Shown here piece after piece: positions 9,896-18,348 of a stretch of DNA of 43,371 bases. Under the pieces are notes generated by a model, which saw only the letters and a program-made list of their open reading frames with translations, did not search any database and was not told the origin of the DNA. Origin of the DNA: Salibacteraceae bacterium. GTDB lineage: Bacteria; Bacteroidota; Bacteroidia; Flavobacteriales_G; Salibacteraceae. The DNA is taken from assembly GCA_040905305.1 (NCBI GenBank), contig JBBDRU010000104.1, positions 1-43,371 on the forward strand, in the 5' to 3' direction. Position numbers and translations under genes: made by a program. Numbering within the stretch: the first letter of the stretch is position 1; each line of letters starts with the position of its first letter.

Positions 9896-10942
9896 ATGAA
9901 AATTGAAACTCCTTTTCAGGCTGCAAGTCTTATTGCTGTTGCAATTGTAACAGTAGTAACGATCATATTGCTCATCATTACCCTTTCCTGGAACACATCT
10001 CTGCAATGGTGGACATGGCTTATATTTATCATAACTTCTTTTTCAGTTGCTTATGGAATGAGCTACTGGGCTATACAAAAGTTTATTCACGGGAAAATAA
10101 TGACCCTTTACAGGGTAATACTTTCGCCAGATAACCTTAACAAAGGCGTTCGTTCTGCACTTAAATCAAAAGATACACTGGGTGTCGTTCAAGAAGATGT
10201 GAAAAACTGGGTTTCTGTAAAACAATCTGAAATTCAAACACTAAAAGAGCAAGCGAAGTTCAGGCGTGATTTTGTTGGGAATTTAGCCCATGAGCTCAGA
10301 ACACCGATTTTTAATATGCAGGGCTACTTGCAAACGCTGATTGAAGGTGGGTTGGAAGATCCAAAAATCAACTATGATTACCTGGATCGTGCCGATAAAA
10401 ACCTCGAACGTCTAATCACTTTAGTGGAAGATTTGGATGGAATCTCGCGCTTAGAGTCGGGTGAAAAAGTGCTGAAAAAGGAAAAATTCAACATCAATGA
10501 ATTGGTCAAGGAAGTGTTTAGCCTGTTTGAGCTTCGCACCAAAGAAAAAGGTATAATGTTGCGGTTCAATAAGAAATATGAAAAGCCTTTTTTTGTGATG
10601 GGCGATCGTAGCAAAATTCAGCAAGTCATCACCAACCTCATCGCCAACGCCATTCAATACGGAAAAGAAACCGGTTATTGTGAAGTGCGTTTTTTCGATA
10701 TGTCTGAAAGCTTGCTCATCGAGGTTGCCGATGATGGAATCGGTATTCCCGCCAACCATTTGCCTCGTCTTTTCGAGCGCTTTTACCGTGTTGATAAGAG
10801 CCGATCCAGGCATGAAGGCGGAACAGGTTTAGGGCTCGCCATTTGTAAACACATCATTGAATCTCACGGGCAAACCATCAGCGCCCGCAGTGTTGAAGAA
10901 AAAGGAACAACTTTCTCCTTTACTTTGGACAAAGCAAAATAA
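9896..10942 (+). CDS. Sensor histidine kinase (PhoR-like HisKA + HATPase_c), two TM helices, no obvious periplasmic sensor domain
   Basis: H-box FVGNLAHELRTPI, N-box ITNLIANAIQYG, G1 VADDGIGI, G2 GGTGLGLAICKHI. Two N-terminal hydrophobic helices are separated by a short loop. Confidence 0.9.
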   Translation: MKIETPFQAASLIAVAIVTVVTIILLIITLSWNTSLQWWTWLIFIITSFSVAYGMSYWAIQKFIHGKIMTLYRVILSPDNLNKGVRSALKSKDTLGVVQEDVKNWVSVKQSEIQTLKEQAKFRRDFVGNLAHELRTPIFNMQGYLQTLIEGGLEDPKINYDYLDRADKNLERLITLVEDLDGISRLESGEKVLKKEKFNINELVKEVFSLFELRTKEKGIMLRFNKKYEKPFFVMGDRSKIQQVITNLIANAIQYGKETGYCEVRFFDMSESLLIEVADDGIGIPANHLPRLFERFYRVDKSRSRHEGGTGLGLAICKHIIESHGQTISARSVEEKGTTFSFTLDKAK

Positions 10943-10951
10943 GCGCTTCAC

Positions 10952-11938
10952 ATGGATCATTTCAGAACGGAAGTAACAGCTCCCGAATTTCCTTTTTCGG
11001 TCGATCATCAATCTATTATAGCCATGATTGGTTCTTGCTTTGCAGAGAACATTGGTGATCGGTTTAGGCAGCACAAAATCGATGCGCACATCAACCCTTT
11101 TGGTATTTTATTCAACCCTTTTTCCATTATGAACGCGTTGGAGCGCATGCTCAACAGCCGACCTTATCAGGAAAACGAATTGATCGCATTCAATGAACGT
11201 TTTGTAAGCCTTGATCATCACGGAAAATTTAGTCACTCCACAGCATCGGAAACCCTGAATAGCATAAACAAGTCTCTGGAGGAGGGTCGTGCACAATTGC
11301 TTAAATCAGAAGTTGTCTTTATCACTTTGGGTTCTGCCTGGGTGTATGAATATTCAGAACGAGGGCATATTGTAGCCAATTGCCACAAAATTCCCAACAA
11401 AGCATTTAAAAAAAGACTGCTCAGCTTTCAGGAAACACATCTTATTCTTCGGCATATCCCGCAGTTTTTGGCTTCGAAAGGAATCACGGCAAACATTGTT
11501 TTTACGGTAAGCCCGGTGCGACACTGGAAAGATGGTGCTGCTGAAAACCAACGGAGCAAATCACATCTTCTAAGTGCTGTGCATGAAGTGGTAGATGAAT
11601 TTGAGGCCTGTCATTATTTTCCGTCCTATGAATTTATGATGGATGATTTGCGCGACTACCGGTTTTATAAATCAGACATGCTTCACCCAAGCGACCAGGC
11701 GCTTGACTACATTTGGGAAAAGGTTCAGCAAAGCTTTTTCTCTGATGAAACACGCATTATCTGTCAGGAATTAAAGGCTGTAACCCAAGCGGCAACGCAT
11801 CGACCGATTGACCCTGAGAGCAATTCCTTTCAGCGTTTTTTAAAAAAGCAAATCAACATCATTGATGTGTTAGAGCAAAAGTATCCCCGCATCGACCTGA
11901 GCAAAGAGCGTAAACACTTTCTTTCGTTTCAGCTCTGA
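10952..11938 (+). CDS. GSCFA-domain protein
   Basis: 328 aa. Contains the eponymous MIGSCFAENIG motif near the N-terminus, and its length is typical of the family. Confidence 0.8.
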   Translation: MDHFRTEVTAPEFPFSVDHQSIIAMIGSCFAENIGDRFRQHKIDAHINPFGILFNPFSIMNALERMLNSRPYQENELIAFNERFVSLDHHGKFSHSTASETLNSINKSLEEGRAQLLKSEVVFITLGSAWVYEYSERGHIVANCHKIPNKAFKKRLLSFQETHLILRHIPQFLASKGITANIVFTVSPVRHWKDGAAENQRSKSHLLSAVHEVVDEFEACHYFPSYEFMMDDLRDYRFYKSDMLHPSDQALDYIWEKVQQSFFSDETRIICQELKAVTQAATHRPIDPESNSFQRFLKKQINIIDVLEQKYPRIDLSKERKHFLSFQL

Positions 11939-11940
11939 CC

Positions 11941-12870
11941 TTATTTTTCACTATGCAGCTTTGCGAGGTATTCTTGCTCTGTTTGTCCGGGAGTTGGGTG
12001 CCACTCCACTTCGTTTACTCCTAAAACATAGAAATCCATTATGGTAGAATAGCCACTTCGCGAAATCACTTTTTTTGCCTGAGAGAGCGCTTGATATAGC
12101 TCATGATCATTTAAGTGATTTACAATTTTAATGTTATCAAGGTTTTTTTCGTCTGTCTCATGTGGTTTTCCCCGCAATAAAAGCAGCCGCTGACCACTCT
12201 CCAAATAGCGTCTCACAACGTCCACTTCAAACAAACTGCGCTGCGGCTCAGGTCCACTCACAATAGCCACTGCATCCCAAACCCATTTGCCGGTTTTTGA
12301 GAGCGGTGCCTGAAACCGACTCAACGGCCCTATATATAAAAAGCGTTTTGGCATCTTAGCAGGATGGGAAAGCTCTCCTGCCAAACCTGGTTTTTTGTTG
12401 AAATCAGGAATCCAAACTTCGTCATATTGATTCATCACCCACCGATTTAACCAATTGACCAAGCCCTGAAAACGAGGTGTTTTTATTTCAATTTGATGGT
12501 GAACAAAAACCGAAAAAACACTTCTATTCCACAAACCAAATCGGCCATCAGAGATCACCTTGGTTATTTGGTGTTTTTTGATCAGGGTTTTTAAGTGCGC
12601 GTGCTCTTTCCAAATGTTCCACAAAAATTTTGGCCCACGCCAGAAAAAATGACGCATCATATTTCCATCGGCTGGGTAGGTTATGACCATGAAGGGTATT
12701 TCTACCACCTCCAGTTCGGGAAAATGTGCGTGAAGCAGGGCTTCTGGGCCATCGTTTGCAGCAATGAGCACCTCGTTTCCACGATCCAGTTCTTTTCGAA
12801 TTAATGGAATACAGCGGGCCGCGTGTCCCAGGCCCCAATGCAACGGTGCGATAAGAATTTTTTCTGCCAC
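11941..12870 (-). CDS. Glycosyltransferase (GT-B, MurG/GT28-like family)
   Basis: The N-terminus KILIAPLHWGLGHAARCIPLIREL is characteristic of the GT1/GT28-like glycosyltransferase group. 309 aa. Confidence 0.7.
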   Translation of the reverse strand: MAEKILIAPLHWGLGHAARCIPLIRKELDRGNEVLIAANDGPEALLHAHFPELEVVEIPFMVITYPADGNMMRHFFWRGPKFLWNIWKEHAHLKTLIKKHQITKVISDGRFGLWNRSVFSVFVHHQIEIKTPRFQGLVNWLNRWVMNQYDEVWIPDFNKKPGLAGELSHPAKMPKRFLYIGPLSRFQAPLSKTGKWVWDAVAIVSGPEPQRSLFEVDVVRRYLESGQRLLLLRGKPHETDEKNLDNIKIVNHLNDHELYQALSQAKKVISRSGYSTIMDFYVLGVNEVEWHPTPGQTEQEYLAKLHSEK

Positions 12871-12906
12871 GGCATCAAAAGAAAGGAATCTCTACATCTT
12901 TGTGTT

Positions 12907-13605
12907 ATGAAAAATGCAATTATCACCGGTTCATCTAAAGGATTAGGTAGGGCCATCGCTGAAAAGCTGTCTGCAGAAGGTTATCGAGTCTGGCTCACGG
13001 CACGAAACGCCTCCGCACTTAAAGCCGCAAAAGAGGCCATTGAAGCCAAAACTGGCAGTCCTGTCGAAATCGACACCATCGACCTTGCCGATCATGATCA
13101 AACCACGCGCTATGCCAAATCTATTTTAGAGCGCTGCGAGCACGTTGACGTTTTGGTAAACAACGCGGGGATTTTTGTCCCGGATCAACTGCACCGAGGA
13201 AAAACCACACTCACATCTCAAATGAATTTGAACTTTTATGCCGCGCACACCATCACGCAGGCGTTGATGCAAAAGTTCATGGATCAAAAGTCTGGACATA
13301 TTTTTAATATCTGCTCAGCGGTGACCCGCAAACCAAGAGCAGAAGCCGCGAGTTATACCATTTCTAAGTTTGCTTTACTCGGTTATCACAAGGTGTTGCA
13401 TCAAACTTTGCTTCCGCTGAATATAAAGGTAACAGCCTTTTTCCCCGGATCCATCAACACTTCCAGTTGGGACGGGATGAATGTGCCACGAAATGAGTTT
13501 ATCCAACCCGAAGATATTGCGGAAATGCTTTCAGGAATTCTAAAACTGAAAAGCGGTACGGTGCCGTCAGAAATCGACTTAACCGCTATAAATCCCGATT
13601 ATTGA
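12907..13605 (+). CDS. Short-chain dehydrogenase/reductase (SDR)
   Basis: TGSSKGLGRAIA cofactor motif, NNAG, and a catalytic YTISKFAL (YxxxK) motif. The start is set at the internal ATG 12907 (MKNAIITG) because the track ORF extension overlaps the divergent glycosyltransferase gene. Confidence 0.85.
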   Translation: MKNAIITGSSKGLGRAIAEKLSAEGYRVWLTARNASALKAAKEAIEAKTGSPVEIDTIDLADHDQTTRYAKSILERCEHVDVLVNNAGIFVPDQLHRGKTTLTSQMNLNFYAAHTITQALMQKFMDQKSGHIFNICSAVTRKPRAEAASYTISKFALLGYHKVLHQTLLPLNIKVTAFFPGSINTSSWDGMNVPRNEFIQPEDIAEMLSGILKLKSGTVPSEIDLTAINPDY

Positions 13606-14312
13606 TGGGGAAAAACAAACTGAAAAAGTTTGCTAAGGTGAAGGAAATGCCCCATGTGTTGGAGCCGCCATTCAAGGAAATTTTAGCGAACGACTATAGG
13701 CTAAAAGGAAAATGGCACGAAGAGTTTGGCAACAACAACCCCATCGTTTTGGAGTTGGCCTGTGGAAAAGGAGAATACGCAGTAGGCATGGGTCAATTAT
13801 TTCCAAATAAAAATTTTATCGGAATCGACATCAAAGGTTCACGCATGTTTTCGGGAGCTACTGAAGTAGAAGAAAAAGGAATGGGTAACGTGCGGTTTTT
13901 ACGCACTAAAATCGACATGATCACCTCATTTTTTGCCAAAAACGAAGTGGACGAAATCTGGATATTATTTGCCGACCCACAACTTGGAAAAGCACGTAAG
14001 CGCCTGACAAGCCAGCTTTTTCTGAATCGCTACGTTCAATTATTAAACCCCGGAGGAGCCTTGCATTTAAAGTCAGACAGCGATGAGCTTTATGCTTTTA
14101 CCAGGGATGAATCTATTCCTGAATTTAATGCCAACTCTGATGTGTTTTCTTTTGATCTGAAGTTCGATACGCCCCGACTTTATGAAGAAGGAATAAGCCA
14201 ACTTGATGAAAGCTCGCAAAGTGTACTGAACATTCGCACTTATTATGAACAAATATGGCTAACCCAGGGAAAGACAATTAAATATTTGCGTTACGAGCTT
14301 CATAAAAACTAA
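13605..14312 (+). CDS. trmB: tRNA (guanine46-N7)-methyltransferase
   Basis: Shows VLELACGKGEY, IGIDIKG and FADPQ...KRL motifs and typical length. The ATG at 13605 overlaps the SDR stop (TTGATG context). Confidence 0.87.
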   Translation: MGKNKLKKFAKVKEMPHVLEPPFKEILANDYRLKGKWHEEFGNNNPIVLELACGKGEYAVGMGQLFPNKNFIGIDIKGSRMFSGATEVEEKGMGNVRFLRTKIDMITSFFAKNEVDEIWILFADPQLGKARKRLTSQLFLNRYVQLLNPGGALHLKSDSDELYAFTRDESIPEFNANSDVFSFDLKFDTPRLYEEGISQLDESSQSVLNIRTYYEQIWLTQGKTIKYLRYELHKN

Positions 14313-16720
14313 CGGTTTATTAAGCGATTTCTCGTGGTGTTATAGTCTAAAAAATACGAAAGCCTAAATGATATGTTGTTCTGCATGGGTGCTGCAAAAG
14401 CGCGATCCAGGTTTACAAGATAACTTGATCCAACCGTATTTCCCGTAGCTGCCACCACATTTCGATAGAGCAGTACGATTTCTGATGCTGGAGCAAACCA
14501 CCAGGAAAATCGCACATCGATATTAAACGTGTTGAAGTTTAAGTCGTTCACCCCTGACAACGAGGCACTGGTCAATGAGCCGTCCTGCTCAAGCAAAGCA
14601 AAACTTTGATAATCTACATCCGTATAAGAATGCCTGAATGCTACATTTAGAGAGCTTGTTGGGTTAAACACAAATTGAGCATTAACAATGTTTTCAATGT
14701 TGCGCGTATTTCTTCTTCCAAAGTATATTTCATCAGGATCATTATCAGGAACAAACCCCCGGTCATTTTTGGTTTCCGTAATGATGAATTCGGGAATAGC
14801 AAAAAACCGATCGCCTATCCTAAACCGAGGGGCAAGACGATAATTGATCACGTGTCTATCAAATGCAGCCACATAGCCGTATCTAATACGAGAATCCACT
14901 GCCACAGTCTTGCGGTAATCAGAAGAAATAAAAGCAGAACCTTCAGCCTGTGGGGGAAGCTTAAACCATCGACCTAAAGCTCTCGGCTCAAAATAATCAT
15001 AGGTTTCAAATGGTCGGCCGGTTACGTCTCCTCCAAACGCAAAAAAACTGCGAAACATATAAAAAGCGTTGTAACTCACATAAAAATCCTCGTATCTATA
15101 AGGTTTAAACAAAGACTCATATCCAGCCGAAAGCGTGTGTTCATATCGATTCCAAACGCCCCTGGGTTGAATGGTTATGTAACTGGCGGATGCATAATGG
15201 CCGATCTGATTATTGCGTTGTTGGAAACCTAAATCGTTGATATCGTAATTCTCTGTGATCAACGATTGATCAAATCGCCAACGCCAGTTGCCAGAAATAT
15301 CTGCCAACATCCATCCACCGCTGTAGCCATCGTTTACCTTATCATTTTCAAAGAGTGCGCTTTGCTTCGCATTGAATCCCAATCCATGCTTTCCTGATTT
15401 GGAGACAAAATCACCCACTACTGCAGCAACGTTAGCGTCTCGTGCAGGTCCTCTACGCAGCGTATTTGTGTTGATAAAACTAAGAGACGAGTTACGATTG
15501 ATCCGTTTGTCCAGCACAAATACATTGTAATTGGTCATTGGCTCTGTGAGCAATTGAGTTTCCTGTCCGTCCTCGATTCGTGTGCTGTAATTATCAGCTG
15601 TGAGCGCGTTCATCACCCCAATACCAAGATTGTTTTTGGTGCGCCCAGAGATTTTTGTTGCATTTAGCAGTCGGGTATATTCTTGTCGAATGGTAACGCT
15701 ATCGTTTGAGTTGAGGTCTTGACCACGAATGTTTTTTGGTGCTCCACCAATTCTTCTGGTATAGAGTAAATCACCAATCGTAAAGAGCTCGGTTCCTTCC
15801 GTAAAAAACTGTCGGTTTTCATCAAATCGATTCTCAAAAGGTGATAAGTTTAAAAACTGCTGATCAAAAGCGACCTGACCAAAATCCGGAATCAAAGTCA
15901 TGTCCAGCGTAAAACTCTCATTGATTCCATACTTAAGGTCTAAGCCTGCATTTAGATCATAATTTCTCGTTCCATCAAAGTCATCAGCATATGCTGAAAA
16001 ATATGGCATGGCAGAAAGTCGAACCGGAGGGTCAATATCTGTCATATCAGTAAGCAACCCGCATTGGTATTCGAGTCTATAGCCAGCGCTTTTATCAAGA
16101 AAATTCCAAGATGACGTTTTCCGATTTCTGCGCACGCTGCGCATGAAGTTGATTCCCCAGTCTTTTACCATAGTTTCGGGGAAGCGTAAAGCGATGTAGG
16201 GGATTTCCGCCTCCATAACCCAGCCTGAATCATTGATTCGCACCGCACTTTTCCAAACCGAATTCAAGCTAAAGTCATCCCCGTTTACCGTGGTGCGAGC
16301 ATCGGCTTGTGTACCTGCTGCGGTTACCCAAAAATTAAAATCGCTGAGTCCATCGTTGTATGGGTTGATAAAAAACCCAAACCAATCGGTGTTCTCGTTG
16401 TAGCTATCTCGCTTCGTCAATTGGGTTAAAATACTATCTGGCGATGGATCGTGCATCACGGCAATGATGTATAGGGCTGCATCATCGTATAAGACGCGCA
16501 CTTCTGTTTGAAAGCTCCGCGGAATGCTGTCTCCGTTTTCAGGCTCAAACATTACAAAATCAGTGGCCACGGGAGCAGATTTCCACGTATCATCTTCTAT
16601 TTTACCATCAATTTCAGGTCGATCAACCGCTCGCACAGCAGGCATCGTTTTGCGCTCTACCTGAGCTAAAAGCAGGCTATGAAAAGCAAGAAAAGCACAA
16701 ATCAACACAACGGATCTCAT
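14309..16720 (-). CDS. Large secreted/outer-membrane protein, CBM9-like N-domain + DUF5916-like barrel (family call from memory)
   Basis: Signal peptide MRSVVLICAFLAFHSLLLAQ (start at ATG 16720). The N-terminal PEIDGKIEDDTWKSAP motif is typical of carbohydrate-binding family 9-like domains. The C-terminal region is long and rich in beta strands. Its stop overlaps the trmB stop (CTAA). Confidence 0.6.
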   Translation of the reverse strand: MRSVVLICAFLAFHSLLLAQVERKTMPAVRAVDRPEIDGKIEDDTWKSAPVATDFVMFEPENGDSIPRSFQTEVRVLYDDAALYIIAVMHDPSPDSILTQLTKRDSYNENTDWFGFFINPYNDGLSDFNFWVTAAGTQADARTTVNGDDFSLNSVWKSAVRINDSGWVMEAEIPYIALRFPETMVKDWGINFMRSVRRNRKTSSWNFLDKSAGYRLEYQCGLLTDMTDIDPPVRLSAMPYFSAYADDFDGTRNYDLNAGLDLKYGINESFTLDMTLIPDFGQVAFDQQFLNLSPFENRFDENRQFFTEGTELFTIGDLLYTRRIGGAPKNIRGQDLNSNDSVTIRQEYTRLLNATKISGRTKNNLGIGVMNALTADNYSTRIEDGQETQLLTEPMTNYNVFVLDKRINRNSSLSFINTNTLRRGPARDANVAAVVGDFVSKSGKHGLGFNAKQSALFENDKVNDGYSGGWMLADISGNWRWRFDQSLITENYDINDLGFQQRNNQIGHYASASYITIQPRGVWNRYEHTLSAGYESLFKPYRYEDFYVSYNAFYMFRSFFAFGGDVTGRPFETYDYFEPRALGRWFKLPPQAEGSAFISSDYRKTVAVDSRIRYGYVAAFDRHVINYRLAPRFRIGDRFFAIPEFIITETKNDRGFVPDNDPDEIYFGRRNTRNIENIVNAQFVFNPTSSLNVAFRHSYTDVDYQSFALLEQDGSLTSASLSGVNDLNFNTFNIDVRFSWWFAPASEIVLLYRNVVAATGNTVGSSYLVNLDRAFAAPMQNNISFRLSYFLDYNTTRNRLINR

Positions 16721-16894
16721 GGCACGAAAGTAAAATGGATATGAAAGAGAACGCACGGTAACCTTTCTTAAGGACAAAATCAACCAAAGCGCAGTTTTTA
16801 AACCCGTTTGGCTCCATTTGAAAATCTATTGTGATAGCTTTGAAAAGCCTCGTAGTTTTAAGTGAATGCAACATTTTATGTCATTTTTATAAGC

Positions 16895-17230
16895 ATGGAA
16901 AAAGACTTTTTTGATCAGGTGTATCAAGTAGCACGTCTCATTCCTGAAGGGCGAGTCACCAATTATGGAGCCATCGGCAACTACTTAGGCGCAGCCCGTT
17001 CAGCGCGCATGGTGGGCTGGGCGATGAACAACGCGCATCATCAAACCCCGCCTGTGCCGGCTCATCGCGTGGTAAACAGCCAGGGGTTATTGACCGGAAA
17101 AATGCATTTTGAAACGCCTTTTCGTATGCAAGAATTACTGGAGGCCGAAGGCGTGCACATAGAAAACGACCAGGTAGCCGATTTCAAATCCGTGTTTTGG
17201 GATCCGATGGTGGAGTTGGGTATGGGTTAG
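16895..17230 (+). CDS. Alkyltransferase-like (ATL) protein / MGMT-family DNA-binding domain lacking the acceptor cysteine
   Basis: 111 aa matching the MGMT C-domain (RVTNYGAIG...ARMVGWAM...). The canonical PCHRV is PAHRVV here (ccg gct cat cgc gtg gta, around 17055-17072). Confidence 0.8.
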   Translation: MEKDFFDQVYQVARLIPEGRVTNYGAIGNYLGAARSARMVGWAMNNAHHQTPPVPAHRVVNSQGLLTGKMHFETPFRMQELLEAEGVHIENDQVADFKSVFWDPMVELGMG

Positions 17231-17270
17231 AAGATTACTGCGGGAACTTTACCATAAAATATAAAAAGCT

Positions 17271-17277
17271 TACTTTG
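17271..17277 (+). promoter_or_regulatory. Putative Bacteroidota -7 promoter box upstream of the AAA+ gene
   Basis: TACTTTG matches the TAnnTTTG consensus (with the preceding T/A context), 24 nt upstream of ATG 17301. Confidence 0.3.
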
Positions 17278-17300
17278 CAACAGCATTAGGTGATTGTATC

Positions 17301-18332
17301 ATGAGCCAATTCGACTACATTAAAGACATTGCAAAGTATGGTCTGGAAAACGACCAAGAAAGGCTATTGTCTGTTCTGAATGAACTTATTGAGTACTCCA
17401 AAAAGACTAAGAAAGTTAATTTTGCTATTCAGCTTCAGTCCATACTTAAAGAAGCTATCAGAGATCAACAAACAAGCGGACTCACAAAAGTCGGATCAGA
17501 TAAGTACTATCAAAGAGTTGAAGATCGAGAGGTAGGTGACTTAATCCTTGAAAAATTAACCTCCGATTATAGCTTTAAGAATTTAGTCTGTAATACTAAA
17601 ATCAAGACGCAATTGGACTATTTTATCAAGGAACACCAAACCGCAGACCTTTTAAGAAAATACGACCTACCAATATCCAATAAGGTTTTGTTGCATGGCC
17701 CTTCCGGTTGCGGAAAAACCCTCACCTCATACGTAATAGCTGGCGAATTAGAAAAGATGATGATTGTTGTCAATCTAGGGGCAATCGTTTCGTCTAAGCT
17801 CGGAGAAACAAGTAAGAACCTTGCAAAGGTATTTCGGAAGGCTTCATCCGAAGAATGTATCATTTTCATAGATGAGTTTGATTCATTAGGGAAGGTAAGA
17901 GACTACAATCAAGATCATGGAGAAATGAAAAGGGTGGTCAATACCATTCTTCAACTCTTTGATTATCTACCTCAAAATAGTATTGTTATTGCTGCTACCA
18001 ATCAAAAAGACATGGTAGATGAAGCATTGTTGAGAAGATTCGATCTTAGTATTGAATTCCCTTTGCCAGATGTTGAAAAAATCAAGGAGCTTGTTAAACT
18101 GACGTTGAAAAACGGTGAGTTTAAATTTGATAAACCCAGATCAATCAACAAAGTCATTGAAAGTGCAAAAGGTCTGTCATATTATAGTATTCAGAAAACA
18201 TTGGTAACCGCAATTAAAAGAAGCCTGTTTAACCAAGCCGAAAGCAAGGTTAAACGCATAAAGGCGACTATCAGTACCGATATTTGGAAAGACTTAATTA
18301 CTGAGGAAAAGGAAGCATTAAAGAAGAAGTAA
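17301..18332 (+). CDS. AAA+ ATPase, classical clade, with ~125-aa helical N-terminal domain (IetA-like candidate)
   Basis: Walker A GPSGCGKT (aa 133-140), Walker B IIFIDEFD (aa 187-194), sensor-1 IAATN and LLRRFD arginines. 343 aa, with no TM segment or signal peptide. Confidence 0.9.
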   Translation: MSQFDYIKDIAKYGLENDQERLLSVLNELIEYSKKTKKVNFAIQLQSILKEAIRDQQTSGLTKVGSDKYYQRVEDREVGDLILEKLTSDYSFKNLVCNTKIKTQLDYFIKEHQTADLLRKYDLPISNKVLLHGPSGCGKTLTSYVIAGELEKMMIVVNLGAIVSSKLGETSKNLAKVFRKASSEECIIFIDEFDSLGKVRDYNQDHGEMKRVVNTILQLFDYLPQNSIVIAATNQKDMVDEALLRRFDLSIEFPLPDVEKIKELVKLTLKNGEFKFDKPRSINKVIESAKGLSYYSIQKTLVTAIKRSLFNQAESKVKRIKATISTDIWKDLITEEKEALKKK

Positions 18333-18348
18333 ATTATTCTCCTTCAAA

